DNA from: a virus
Length of the DNA: 64,000 bases
Virus record (IMG/VR): IMGVR_UViG_3300037311_000179
Strand: one strand, 5' to 3'
The position numbers and the translations under genes are program-made. Shown here one piece after another: positions 38,431 to 47,327 of this stretch (within the stretch, counting starts at the first letter, position 1; every line of letters begins with the position of its first letter). The notes under the pieces are model-generated. The model did not search any database and was not told where the DNA came from. It saw nothing but the letters and a program-made list of their open reading frames with translations.

Positions 38431-39537
38431 ATGAGCGACAACATCACGCAGCGTTCCATGCAGATCGACGAAGTGACCGCAGGCTGCATCCCCGGAGGAA
38501 TCCGGGATGCGGTCTCCAAAGTCGCTCGGCAGATCGTCAACCCCGACTCGGCAGCGGCGGTGTGCGATCCGCTCTTCCGCAAGAGCTTGTACGCGGAGCT
38601 CATCGAGCGCACGTCGGTGATCTGGCTCGCGTTCGTTTCGTCGACCCCGGCGGCGGCGGGCGGAGATCTGGTCCTCACGCCGAACGTCGTGAACGGCCAG
38701 CTCATCACACCCGAGTTCTTCAAGAACGGCATCGCGTACCCCAAGGGCGCGGCCGACCCCCTCGCGACGAGCGTCGCGCCCACGCTGGGCACGCTGCTTC
38801 CGGGCGAGGGCTCGCCCTGGGCGCTCACGTTCGCGGACACGGACGGCCTCACGCAGAGCACGCCGCCGAGCAACAGCTACGACTTCGACGCGGACCTCGT
38901 CGCCGAAGAGAACCAAGACTTCGCGGCGTTCGGCATGAGCATCGAGCCCGCGGGCGTGTACACGGCCGAAGCGGGCGTGGGCGCGGGCACCGTCCGTCGC
39001 CGCTTGGACCCCTTCTTCGACCTCAGCGACAGCCCCTACGCTGCGCGTCTGTACCGCGCCGTGTACGAGAACATCGCGCTGCGCATGCAGTTCGTCGAGG
39101 GCGGCGACACGCGCAACTACCGCATGGGAGCTCCGATCGGCTGGCCGTCGTACACGGGCTTCTTCGGCCAGGGCGGCATCGTCAACAACGGCCAGATGCA
39201 GTCCTTCATGTTCAAGGACTGGGCGTTCGGCATGCAGATGTGCAAGCGCCCGCGCCTCACGGGCAACTCGCGCGTCCGCATCTTCGCCGACCTCCCGGCG
39301 CAGGTCAACGTGCCGAACAACGCGGCGGTTCCGGTCCCCGCGAACCTCTCGGACATCGGGCAGACCGTGACCCTGCGCGGGTACACGTTCGTCGGCCTCC
39401 GCATCCGCCTCTTCGGCTCGTCGATGTGCATCAGCTCGGCCACGGGCCAGAGCACCGAGGTCGCGCAGAACGACGTGCAGGCGATGATCGATCGGGCCGT
39501 CGCTCAAGCGCTTCGAGCGGCGGGCGTTTCTCGCTGA
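38431..39537 (+). CDS. candidate major capsid protein (jelly-roll type)
   Basis: 368 aa; strongest C/G third-position bias seen in the window; beta-rich; LTFADTD...DFAAFGMSIE pattern reminiscent of vertical jelly-roll capsid proteins; followed by terminator-like hairpin. Not confirmed by a database search. Confidence 0.5.
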   Translation: MSDNITQRSMQIDEVTAGCIPGGIRDAVSKVARQIVNPDSAAAVCDPLFRKSLYAELIERTSVIWLAFVSSTPAAAGGDLVLTPNVVNGQLITPEFFKNGIAYPKGAADPLATSVAPTLGTLLPGEGSPWALTFADTDGLTQSTPPSNSYDFDADLVAEENQDFAAFGMSIEPAGVYTAEAGVGAGTVRRRLDPFFDLSDSPYAARLYRAVYENIALRMQFVEGGDTRNYRMGAPIGWPSYTGFFGQGGIVNNGQMQSFMFKDWAFGMQMCKRPRLTGNSRVRIFADLPAQVNVPNNAAVPVPANLSDIGQTVTLRGYTFVGLRIRLFGSSMCISSATGQSTEVAQNDVQAMIDRAVAQALRAAGVSR

Positions 39538-39580
39538 TCGCGCCGGTTCAGTGATTTCCCGGATACGCGGGAGACGGTAG

Positions 39581-39615
39581 AGAGCCTCGGAGCCTTCCGG
39601 TTCCGGGGCTCTTTG
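39581..39615 (+). terminator. putative intrinsic terminator
   Basis: AGAGCCTCGGA..TCCGGGGCTCT stem followed by short TTT, downstream of candidate capsid gene. Confidence 0.45.
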
Positions 39616-39630
39616 CGTTATGGTCTTCGC

Positions 39631-40257
39631 ATGTCCCTGTTTCTGCCGTCCGAATTCGTCATCGACCTCACGCAGCTTTCTTCGAACGGGAAAGGCTACC
39701 AATGCTGGGGCGACACGGACTACGGCAGCAAACTCAGCAGCCCCGCAGGCCCTCCGCAGTATGCCTTCCCGGATACTCGGCAGCGCTCGATCCCAATCGC
39801 GGACCCAAATCGACCGAACGAGAGCTATCCGTACAACATCCCGCCGTTTGCGGCATACAGATTTCCTCGCCCGGTAGATCGTTTCGCGATCTACCTGATG
39901 TCCCAGAAGGCCGAGGACCAATCGCCAGATCCGACTCCCCCTGGTATCCGATTCATGATTCGTGCTGGCGCTGGCAACTTTCAGAGCCGCATCTGGCAGG
40001 GAGATTTCTTGCAGCCTGTCTATCAGAATCCCCCAGGAGGATCTGGTTTGGACAACCAAGAGCGCGGACTGATCGTCGAGATCTGCGGTCCTGCGGCGAC
40101 GCAGTGGGAAGTCTTCGCGCTTTCGATCATCGGATCTGGTGGCCGAGCCGCTGGGCAGCAGATGATCGAACTGTATGTCGTTGCGATGGTCGCAAGCAAT
40201 TGCGGATACCACTACCAGCCCGGACCCGGAACGACACAAACGTTCCCAGCACCGTAA
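39631..40257 (+). CDS. putative minor capsid/penton-like beta protein
   Basis: Beta-rich ORF after candidate MCP; start uncertain (39613 TTG or 39631 ATG). Confidence 0.45.
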   Translation: MSLFLPSEFVIDLTQLSSNGKGYQCWGDTDYGSKLSSPAGPPQYAFPDTRQRSIPIADPNRPNESYPYNIPPFAAYRFPRPVDRFAIYLMSQKAEDQSPDPTPPGIRFMIRAGAGNFQSRIWQGDFLQPVYQNPPGGSGLDNQERGLIVEICGPAATQWEVFALSIIGSGGRAAGQQMIELYVVAMVASNCGYHYQPGPGTTQTFPAP

Positions 40258-40282
40258 CCGAAACGACCCGGAGACATCTGAC

Positions 40283-40711
40283 ATGAGCATGGAGACTGGT
40301 CGCTATCCGTCAGCCAGGAGCGATGCTTCTGTGGCATTGAATCGATTCTGGTGGGGTCTCGTGAATTGGGACCCAGATGTCTTCGAGCTTTTCAGTTCGA
40401 TTGTCTGGATCATCTGGGGGATCTGGACGATGGTCGTGCCGAGCGTATCAGACCATTCGAGATATGCAGTCCTATATGCCTACACAGGCACGGCAAAGAT
40501 GGGGCTGTTCCTCACGCTGATCGGAGCGGCTCGTACCGTTGCGATTTTCAAACAGTCTTTCCCTGTCCGTCGTTTTCTCTGCTTCGTTGCCGCGATGGCA
40601 TGGGGCATGATCGCGCTGACGCTGATCGCGTCGGACTTGAGCATCTCCTCGATCTCACACGCTTTCTTTGCTCTCTTGACCGGATGGACCTATCTTCGAT
40701 TGAGAGAGTGA
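40283..40711 (+). CDS. multi-pass membrane protein
   Basis: GGAG SD; about four hydrophobic helices. Confidence 0.65.
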   Translation: MSMETGRYPSARSDASVALNRFWWGLVNWDPDVFELFSSIVWIIWGIWTMVVPSVSDHSRYAVLYAYTGTAKMGLFLTLIGAARTVAIFKQSFPVRRFLCFVAAMAWGMIALTLIASDLSISSISHAFFALLTGWTYLRLRE

Positions 40712-40715
40712 ATCA

Positions 40716-41183
40716 ATGGCCGATCCTGTAGCTTGGTTGAGCGCCATGGGGGCGGGTGCCGTTCTGCTCAAGATTTCAGAAGCGGTTCTAAAGCGCTGGC
40801 TGGAGAAGCCCGATCGACTCTCCGTAGAGGGAGAGAAGATTCGATCTGAGCTCCGCACCGAGATCGATCGCAAGGAGAAGCAGATCTCCGCGTTGCAGGC
40901 TCAGGTCTCTCAGGTCACGACCGAAAAGACAGACCTGCTCAGGAAGATCGGCGAGCTGACGGTCAAAGCCATCGGATACGAGTCGGAGCTGGCTACAGCC
41001 AGAGCCAAATCGACCCGTGACGACGAGCTCATCGCCGCGCGAAATTCGAGGATCTCTGAGCTCGAAACAGCACTGCGGGCCGTGACACGAGAGCGCGACC
41101 GTCTCATCCGGCGCGTCGTCGAGGACGAATCCGTCAGCTCGATCTCGACCGACACGATGCCCGCCGTGAAGCCGCCGAAGTGA
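40716..41183 (+). CDS. N-terminally anchored coiled-coil protein
   Basis: Hydrophobic N-terminus then long heptad-rich helix. Confidence 0.65.
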   Translation: MADPVAWLSAMGAGAVLLKISEAVLKRWLEKPDRLSVEGEKIRSELRTEIDRKEKQISALQAQVSQVTTEKTDLLRKIGELTVKAIGYESELATARAKSTRDDELIAARNSRISELETALRAVTRERDRLIRRVVEDESVSSISTDTMPAVKPPK

Positions 41184-41201
41184 TCGAGCTACGATTGCTG
41201 C

Positions 41202-41390
41202 ATGCGTGACTACGTCCACCCCTCGGGCGTCGCGATGCCGCGAGTGCTCGAAAACCCCACGCTCCAACAAGCGCGAAACGAAGCGTTCGACTCGGTCTGG
41301 GTCGCTTCGTTCCTGGCTGCTGGAGTGGCGATTGGCTTCGGCCGATACGCCTACTGCGTGTACAAGCGCAACGAGAGGTCGAAGCCATGA
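41202..41390 (+). CDS. small membrane protein
   Basis: LENP motif, single helix. Confidence 0.5.
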   Translation: MRDYVHPSGVAMPRVLENPTLQQARNEAFDSVWVASFLAAGVAIGFGRYAYCVYKRNERSKP

Positions 41391-41593
41391 ACGACGACAA
41401 CGAGGTCCAGACCACCCGTACGGCTGATCTGACGGACGCCCAGCGGCAGGAGATCGCCCAGATCCAGCGGAGGACCCTCTGGATCAAGAGGGGCATTGCT
41501 GCGGCCGGTGCGATCTCCACGGGCTACAGCGTCGGCACGATCTTGGCCAAGTTCTTCTTCGAGGGTTCGAGCCCGATCTGCCCGAAGGACTGA
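41387..41593 (+). CDS. small membrane protein
   Basis: ATGA overlap, single helix. Confidence 0.5.
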   Translation: MNDDNEVQTTRTADLTDAQRQEIAQIQRRTLWIKRGIAAAGAISTGYSVGTILAKFFFEGSSPICPKD

Positions 41594-41596
41594 TCG

Positions 41597-42265
41597 ATGT
41601 CGATCTACACCCTCATCCCGCAAAAGTCGCTCGACGCATTCATTCACACGGGATCTCTCAGCGAGGTTCTGTCTGCTCTGATCATCGACCCGGATGAGGC
41701 GGAAGATTACGTTCGAGAGCACGGCAATGATGCTCCGCATTCCATGCGCGACTTCATGAACCTCGGACGAAAAGCTCTCACGAGCGCCCTTCAGACGACT
41801 GCCGAATGGACGCTTCGCTATGGAGATCCAGAGCGAGCGATTCGAGGGATCGTCAGATGGGACCGACGTCTTGGAATCTGGTGCTGCTGCGCAGCCGTCG
41901 GCCCTCTGCTTTCCCTCATGCCAGCCTCGGAAGAGAGGCCACGCGCAGCGGTGGAAGCTGCTCTCGGATGGGCAGCCCGCAAAGTCAATTCCCGCAAAGC
42001 AGCGGCGGCATCTCAGCGGAGCGAAAATGCTGCCGAGGAGCTCGCAGAGCGTGGGATGATTCTTGAGTCGACCATTGCGCAGGCAGCTTCGCTTCCGATG
42101 TGGTCTGTCGGATTTGACGACGCCTACACCGGAAGAGCAGATCCTCAATACGCCGAGAACTTCATCAACGATTTGCTCTTCGCTCATCGTTTTCTTCGGA
42201 CCGAAAACGCTCCGGCATTGATCTGCAATCAGATCGCAGATGCGTGCTTGCGTTTTCCGAGGTAG
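41597..42265 (+). CDS. Imm5-like domain paralog family protein
   Basis: WDRRLGIWCCCA, SEERPRAAVEAALGW, ACLRFPR. Confidence 0.75.
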   Translation: MSIYTLIPQKSLDAFIHTGSLSEVLSALIIDPDEAEDYVREHGNDAPHSMRDFMNLGRKALTSALQTTAEWTLRYGDPERAIRGIVRWDRRLGIWCCCAAVGPLLSLMPASEERPRAAVEAALGWAARKVNSRKAAAASQRSENAAEELAERGMILESTIAQAASLPMWSVGFDDAYTGRADPQYAENFINDLLFAHRFLRTENAPALICNQIADACLRFPR

Positions 42266-42268
42266 CCA

Positions 42269-43012
42269 ATGCGTGAGCCGATGCACCCGATCTACACCAC
42301 AGTACCAGCGCGTTCCGTGGTGGCATACGCGAAGAGCGTACCTGCTAAGCTGGAGGAAGTTCTCTGTGCAGCGATCGTCGATCCAGCAAACGCAGAGGAC
42401 GCATTCGAAGAGTACGGCGTCTCGGGCACACCGCACTCGCTGCAAGACTTTTGGGATTGGCGTGGGGCAATCGGTGTCGATCTCGCGCTGGGGATCGCAG
42501 CCCGATGGGCGCTGAGTCAGAAGAATGCAGAGATCGCCTCTTCTTATATCGTTAAATGGAACCATCGTCTTGGCGTTTGGTGTGCCTCTCAAGTTTCTCG
42601 CCGATCTCTCGGTCTATCTCGTGGCATGGGTGATGAGCCACGAATTGCGATCGAGACAGCGGAGATGTGGGTCATTGGAAAGGCAACCGAAGAGCAGGCA
42701 ATAGAAGCCTCTCAAGAAGCATTCATAGACGCCGAATCTTATGGCTCTGTCGCTACGACTCCATGGGCTGATCGGTCAGTGATCGATGAGGCGTATGCAG
42801 CATCGCATATCTGCCACGCCTCCGGTTTCTGTGCGGCTGCTACTCGCACGCCATACCTTGCAAATGTTTCAATAACAATGACTGCGAGAGCCATGTCTTA
42901 TGCCTCGGATCAGAAATACGTACGACAAGATGTGGAGAGAAGAATACTGGTCCGTCTCCGCGAGGACGTTGCCAATGCCTGCATGACGTTTCCGAGGTAT
43001 TATTCTCGCTAG
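42269..43012 (+). CDS. Imm5-like domain paralog family protein
   Basis: MREPMHPIYT, DEPRIAIETAEMW, ACMTFPR followed by a YYSR extension. Confidence 0.75.
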   Translation: MREPMHPIYTTVPARSVVAYAKSVPAKLEEVLCAAIVDPANAEDAFEEYGVSGTPHSLQDFWDWRGAIGVDLALGIAARWALSQKNAEIASSYIVKWNHRLGVWCASQVSRRSLGLSRGMGDEPRIAIETAEMWVIGKATEEQAIEASQEAFIDAESYGSVATTPWADRSVIDEAYAASHICHASGFCAAATRTPYLANVSITMTARAMSYASDQKYVRQDVERRILVRLREDVANACMTFPRYYSR

Positions 43013-43064
43013 AACTGACCTTCAGTGGAACATCGCGGGGATGCGAGCGCTACCATTGCTTTAA

Positions 43065-43694
43065 ATGGCAAGACGCAATCCACAGGGCCAGTCCATCTCT
43101 GACATCATGGACGCATTCAGCGTTCAGTTCACCGGCGAAAGAAAGCCGTACCCATTCTCCGAATTCTCCGCCTCGGGCTCGATGCTCGCGCAAGGGCTCA
43201 ACCTCGCTTCGCAGTGGATGAACGAGCAGAACGATGGCCAGAAAGCCATCGCTCAGCTCACCAAGTACGACGAGAACCTTGGCGCGCTGGCTGCGCTCGC
43301 GTGCCTCAACGCAGCGATGATCAATCTCACGAAGGGAAAGCGTGAGGCGGCGCATCTCGTCGACGTTGGATCGGCGATTCTTCGGGCCCGGATCTATGGG
43401 CGTCGGGTTCCCGACGAGCTCTATCCGGCGCTCACTGAAGCTCTGAGCTTCTTCCAGGAGGCGATGAACCTGGAGGTCTATTCGCCAGACCATCTGTGGT
43501 TGCGAGCCGCGGACTCCTTCTACTCCATGTTCATCTCGAACAATGGAGTCGCGGAGGCCAAGAAGGTCGTCGATTTTTGCGCGAAGCTCTACGCGACCGC
43601 CAACGCTTCGACCCAGTCGGATTACGACGCGATCTACACGTCCGCGATCGTCAATCTGTCGACGGTCATGTCCGAGGCTATCGCTTCGATTTGA
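43065..43694 (+). CDS. remote member of the paralog family
   Basis: GLNLASQWMNEQNDGQKAIAQLTKYDENLGALAAL aligns by eye with ALQTVAEWTMQQQGPEIAIRQIIAWDHRVGAW; MARRNP start. Confidence 0.55.
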   Translation: MARRNPQGQSISDIMDAFSVQFTGERKPYPFSEFSASGSMLAQGLNLASQWMNEQNDGQKAIAQLTKYDENLGALAALACLNAAMINLTKGKREAAHLVDVGSAILRARIYGRRVPDELYPALTEALSFFQEAMNLEVYSPDHLWLRAADSFYSMFISNNGVAEAKKVVDFCAKLYATANASTQSDYDAIYTSAIVNLSTVMSEAIASI

Positions 43695-43899
43695 GGTCGA
43701 TTCCGGCCTCTTTGAGAGAAGCGAGAATCGGCTCCATCTCACGAACCATTCTCGCGAGGATTGGGACTGGATCTACGATCCTTCCGCATCGTCTGCACGC
43801 GACCTCGCCCTTCGACTCGTCCACAGCGACTTCAGGATGCGGACAACGCTTGCGTATTGGCCGCCTCCTCCTGAAGTCGACTCGGATCACAATGCCCAT
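43678..43899 (-). CDS. small zinc-ribbon protein
   Basis: VAVDESKGEVACRRCGRIVDP; start uncertain. Confidence 0.5.
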   Translation of the reverse strand: MGIVIRVDFRRRRPIRKRCPHPEVAVDESKGEVACRRCGRIVDPVPILARMVREMEPILASLKEAGIDLKSKR

Positions 43900-43934
43900 G
43901 CGACGCAGTATGGCAGACCCAGGGGGAGCATGTC

Positions 43935-44432
43935 TCACGGACCGTAGTCGTCTCGCCAAACGAGCAGGCCGACGGCCTCAGCGCAGGTGATCGTGTGCTC
44001 GGTGCCCTTCGTCTCGGAGCCGCGATGAACCTGCGCGTAGATCCTCCCCTGCGTAGCGATAGCGGCCATCGAAGTCATCTGTCGATTTCGCGCGAGGTAT
44101 CGATTGCGGATGTCGAGGCGCTTGATGCCGTCAGGGGACAGCCAGCGAGCTCTAGAGGAGTCCGGCAGGATGATCTCGCCGGAGTAGCCGAGAAAGCCCC
44201 AGACGGGCACCAGATGGGTCTCTGCGTGCTCTGCCGCCCATCGGTCAGTTCCCTCCTTGGCGTCCCCGACAAAGATCGTCGCCTCGTGCTGCTTCGCCCA
44301 CAGCACGGCGCTCTCGGCCCGCTTGCGAGCCGCCGCCTCGAACGACGATCTTTCCAGCGCTCGCGAGCCAGACATCACGAGGACGCAGCGTGGAATCGAA
44401 AGCAGAATCGGCTTCTCTGTCTCTTCTCTCAT
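43935..44432 (-). CDS. SLOG-superfamily (DprA/YAcAr-like) protein
   Basis: VLVMSGSR, IFVGDAKEGTDRWA, YLARNRQM, GSETKGTEHTI. Confidence 0.6.
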   Translation of the reverse strand: MREETEKPILLSIPRCVLVMSGSRALERSSFEAAARKRAESAVLWAKQHEATIFVGDAKEGTDRWAAEHAETHLVPVWGFLGYSGEIILPDSSRARWLSPDGIKRLDIRNRYLARNRQMTSMAAIATQGRIYAQVHRGSETKGTEHTITCAEAVGLLVWRDDYGP

Positions 44433-44521
44433 GAGTCCTCCTCAACGCGGCCATCCCGCAACGAACACGAAAATAAGCACGAGCACAACGAGGAAGACCT
44501 CTGCCGCCTCGACTTGAACCT

Positions 44522-44968
44522 TCAGTCCCATGGCTCGCAGATTCGTACCATGGACTCGACGGTGAGCTTGAAGCAGAGGTCGCGGAAATGCGCTGCCCGA
44601 TCGGGCCCGATCTCACCTTCGCTGATCAGCCCATGGATGATCGCCATCATGGCCTGGATGCGACGAACCGCCATCATGATCTGCGCGTCTCCGGGCAGCT
44701 CGTGATGATCTCCGACTATCACGAACGCTGGCTCGAATCGCGCGCCGAGATCCAAAGGGAGCGCCGGAAGGAAGTGATCTCGGATGACTTCCTTCGTGTA
44801 AGAAACGATCTTCTCTGCGTTTCGCTCGTCGAACTCCTCGTTGGCATCGAGACGACCGATGCGGGCGAGCATGCCATCGAGAAATGGCTGATCCTTTTCT
44901 CGGCTCTCGGCAGGCCATCGCTTGATCTGCTCGGAGGCTGCAAACAGAATCATCGTGCGAAATTTCAT
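44522..44968 (-). CDS. hypothetical protein
   Basis: ATGA overlap with upstream gene. Confidence 0.55.
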   Translation of the reverse strand: MKFRTMILFAASEQIKRWPAESREKDQPFLDGMLARIGRLDANEEFDERNAEKIVSYTKEVIRDHFLPALPLDLGARFEPAFVIVGDHHELPGDAQIMMAVRRIQAMMAIIHGLISEGEIGPDRAAHFRDLCFKLTVESMVRICEPWD

Positions 44969-45303
44969 GGCGTTTTCAGCTTTCTGAATTCGAACATCTC
45001 CGTCAGGTCTGGCTCCTTGTCGGCGATCATCCTGGCGTATCGAGACGTGTAGTCGTTGTTGAGCGCGTAGTCCTCTTCGCTGTTCGCGTTGAGGTAGAAG
45101 TGCCATCGAGCAACCTCGTACAGCATCTTCATTCCGATCTTGTCTCGCCCGCGGGCTTTCGCCTTCCGCGCGAGACTGACGAGCAGCTCGTACACATGCG
45201 GGTTGTTGGCGTGGAAGTTCTCGAACCGCTCCTCGATCGACTGTCCGGGCTTGGAAGAATCGACGACAGGCGCGGCTGAGCTGAATTCGTCATCGACGCT
45301 CAT
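44965..45303 (-). CDS. conserved phage hypothetical protein
   Basis: FENFHANNPHVYELL..IGMKMLYEVARW..YALNNDYTSRYAR, a pattern common in phage proteins. Confidence 0.65.
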   Translation of the reverse strand: MSVDDEFSSAAPVVDSSKPGQSIEERFENFHANNPHVYELLVSLARKAKARGRDKIGMKMLYEVARWHFYLNANSEEDYALNNDYTSRYARMIADKEPDLTEMFEFRKLKTP

Positions 45304-45710
45304 CGACGGGCCTCGCAGCGTCCTTCGACGCACCGATGCGTCGAGGCGCAATAGCGGTCGTCCAGACAGAAGCCCCCGCAGAGGCCCGAGCTCTGGCAGT
45401 AGTAGCCGTTGCAGTAGCCCTCGGGCATTCGGTCGCATCGAGGGACGCAGGCCGATCTCGCTCGATCGCAGACCCACCCAGATCGGCACGTCTCGTCCGT
45501 GCATCTCGCGACGCAAAGAACCGCCTGCGGCCCGAGCCATTGTGTGACGATGGAGACCTCCTCCGAAGAGCAGCGGTCCCCCACGCACAGGCCGCCAGGG
45601 AGGTACGTGGCACACGTCCTGTCCGCCGGACAGTCCGAGCGCTGGCTGCACGCGCCCGGCTCGATGGCGCAGCTCGCGAGCAGCATCATCAGGAAGATCG
45701 CGATCCGCAT
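45300..45710 (-). CDS. Cys-rich lipoprotein (EGF-like repeats)
   Basis: Lipobox LASC after hydrophobic signal; repeated C..DC...C...C modules. Confidence 0.65.
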   Translation of the reverse strand: MRIAIFLMMLLASCAIEPGACSQRSDCPADRTCATYLPGGLCVGDRCSSEEVSIVTQWLGPQAVLCVARCTDETCRSGWVCDRARSACVPRCDRMPEGYCNGYYCQSSGLCGGFCLDDRYCASTHRCVEGRCEARR

Positions 45711-46546
45711 CAGTTGAGCACTCCGCACTGAATTCGATACGAAAAGATCTCTGATGTCTTTCCCGCAGCGACGTACTGGACGGGATCTGCGAGTTCCAGA
45801 TCCATGCCGATCGCGACGGCCATCAGCCTGTCGATGTCTTCGGAGAGAATGAGAACCGACTGATTGTCGACCTGCTGACGGAGCTTGTCGATGTCTTCGT
45901 GAAACCCCTCGCACCTTGATGGCCCGACGAGCTCTTCCACCGATACGTTCGGGCAAGGCGGCATGATCGTGATCTGGTCGATACATCCGCACTTGTGGTG
46001 CGAGACATTGATGATTGCAGTCATGTTCTCGGGGCTGAATCCGATGACGTGCTGCTGGGCGTACTCGAACAGCAGCTCGCACACAGCCGCGTGGGCGTAG
46101 AGACGGAGATCTTCGTCGATCTCGTACACCCGCACTGCCAGATGAGTGTCGGTCCAGGATACGAGCCGAAGCTCCGGTTGTTCGACGTCGTTACGGCACA
46201 TAGCCGCCATCTTCTCGATGGTCTCTTCGCCGTAGTCTCGGATGGGCTCCAAGTCAGGAGCCTCCATGATGCGGCGAAGCTGCGCACCATCCCCGCCCAA
46301 CATCGCGTGGATGTTTTCGATCCCTTCGATGACGAAGAGATCCTTCGTCAGAGTCTTTCCGCCGTCGGGTGGATGCGAGAACAGATTGGCTGTCGCTCTC
46401 GCCATCTGCACGCGGTTTTGCAGATGCGTCAGGAAGTCAGCGTCCGATTCTGGATTCCGGCGCATGAGCATTCCTGCCTTCCGCAGATTCTCCTCGTACG
46501 CATCGAGGATGTTCGCGTGAACCTTGATCGGCCCCAGGCGGCTCAT
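45710..46546 (-). CDS. hypothetical protein
   Basis: MSRLGPIK start with ATGA overlap; MRRNPE. Confidence 0.6.
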   Translation of the reverse strand: MSRLGPIKVHANILDAYEENLRKAGMLMRRNPESDADFLTHLQNRVQMARATANLFSHPPDGGKTLTKDLFVIEGIENIHAMLGGDGAQLRRIMEAPDLEPIRDYGEETIEKMAAMCRNDVEQPELRLVSWTDTHLAVRVYEIDEDLRLYAHAAVCELLFEYAQQHVIGFSPENMTAIINVSHHKCGCIDQITIMPPCPNVSVEELVGPSRCEGFHEDIDKLRQQVDNQSVLILSEDIDRLMAVAIGMDLELADPVQYVAAGKTSEIFSYRIQCGVLN

Positions 46547-46839
46547 GGCTGACCGTCGCCCTCTCCGCCGTTCTTCGGCGCGATCTTCAGCCCTGGGATC
46601 GGACCAAGGTCGATGCCGATCTTCTCGCACCCGGCGATCATCAGGATGATCGCGACCGCACTGGGATCGGAGGGGTTCTTGGCGTCGATGCGGCTCGCGA
46701 GGTCCCGGAACTCCTCGGGCATGCTCTTCATGCCGCTCTCGATGATCTTGCCCGCGACGGCACGGATGACCGCGCTTGCTGCGGGACTGACTGAGATACG
46801 TTCGCGCTCTGACATCTTCATTTCACTTTCCGCGAGCAT
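46543..46839 (-). CDS. hypothetical protein
   Basis: Operon context; start uncertain. Confidence 0.5.
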   Translation of the reverse strand: MLAESEMKMSERERISVSPAASAVIRAVAGKIIESGMKSMPEEFRDLASRIDAKNPSDPSAVAIILMIAGCEKIGIDLGPIPGLKIAPKNGGEGDGQP

Positions 46840-47074
46840 TCTTGCCCGACTCCGAGATGCGGTACTCGTACGAACACACCTTCCCGCGAGCGTCAAAGAT
46901 CTCCTGACGTTCGACGAGCCCAAACGAAAGAAGCCTCCACGCATTGCGGCTGCGCTCCCCCATCACCTTCGGTGGGTGCCACGCTCCGGGAGATGCGTCA
47001 TCGGCCTTCCCGAGCAGCTCCAAGGCGTCGCGCTGCGGCCTCGTCAGTGTTCTAGCTGGATTGCCTTCGCTCAT
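46823..47074 (-). CDS. small winged-helix-like protein
   Basis: LTRPQRDALELL..WRLLSFGLVER..YRISESG. Confidence 0.5.
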   Translation of the reverse strand: MSEGNPARTLTRPQRDALELLGKADDASPGAWHPPKVMGERSRNAWRLLSFGLVERQEIFDARGKVCSYEYRISESGKNARGK

Positions 47075-47157
47075 GATCGAGGCGACTCTGCCATCGATCT
47101 AATCGAGGCGGAAGAGCCTCTGATCGTCCCACTCGCTATCGCTCCCCCGCGCGAATC

Positions 47158-47301
47158 CTAAAATTGGATCTCCTCAGCCTCCTCTTCCCGGAACCATCTG
47201 GCGATCTTCAACGCTCCACGCATGGCGAGGAAACCGCAGGCGTGAGCCATAGAGCCTGCGATGAAGAGAGCGGACAGGATGAGCAGTACGACAGCTTTCA
47301 T
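47158..47301 (-). CDS. small membrane protein
   Basis: MKAVVLLILSALFIAG; GGAGG upstream of next gene; first ORF after the array. Confidence 0.45.
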   Translation of the reverse strand: MKAVVLLILSALFIAGSMAHACGFLAMRGALKIARWFREEEAEEIQF

Positions 47302-47327
47302 GCCGGAGAAATAGCACAGACTGATTG

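Noticed and set aside
285-43012. Diversity-generating retroelement acting on the paralogs
   Set aside because: No reverse transcriptase in the window and no template/variable repeat pair differing specifically at adenines was seen; an RT outside the window cannot be excluded.
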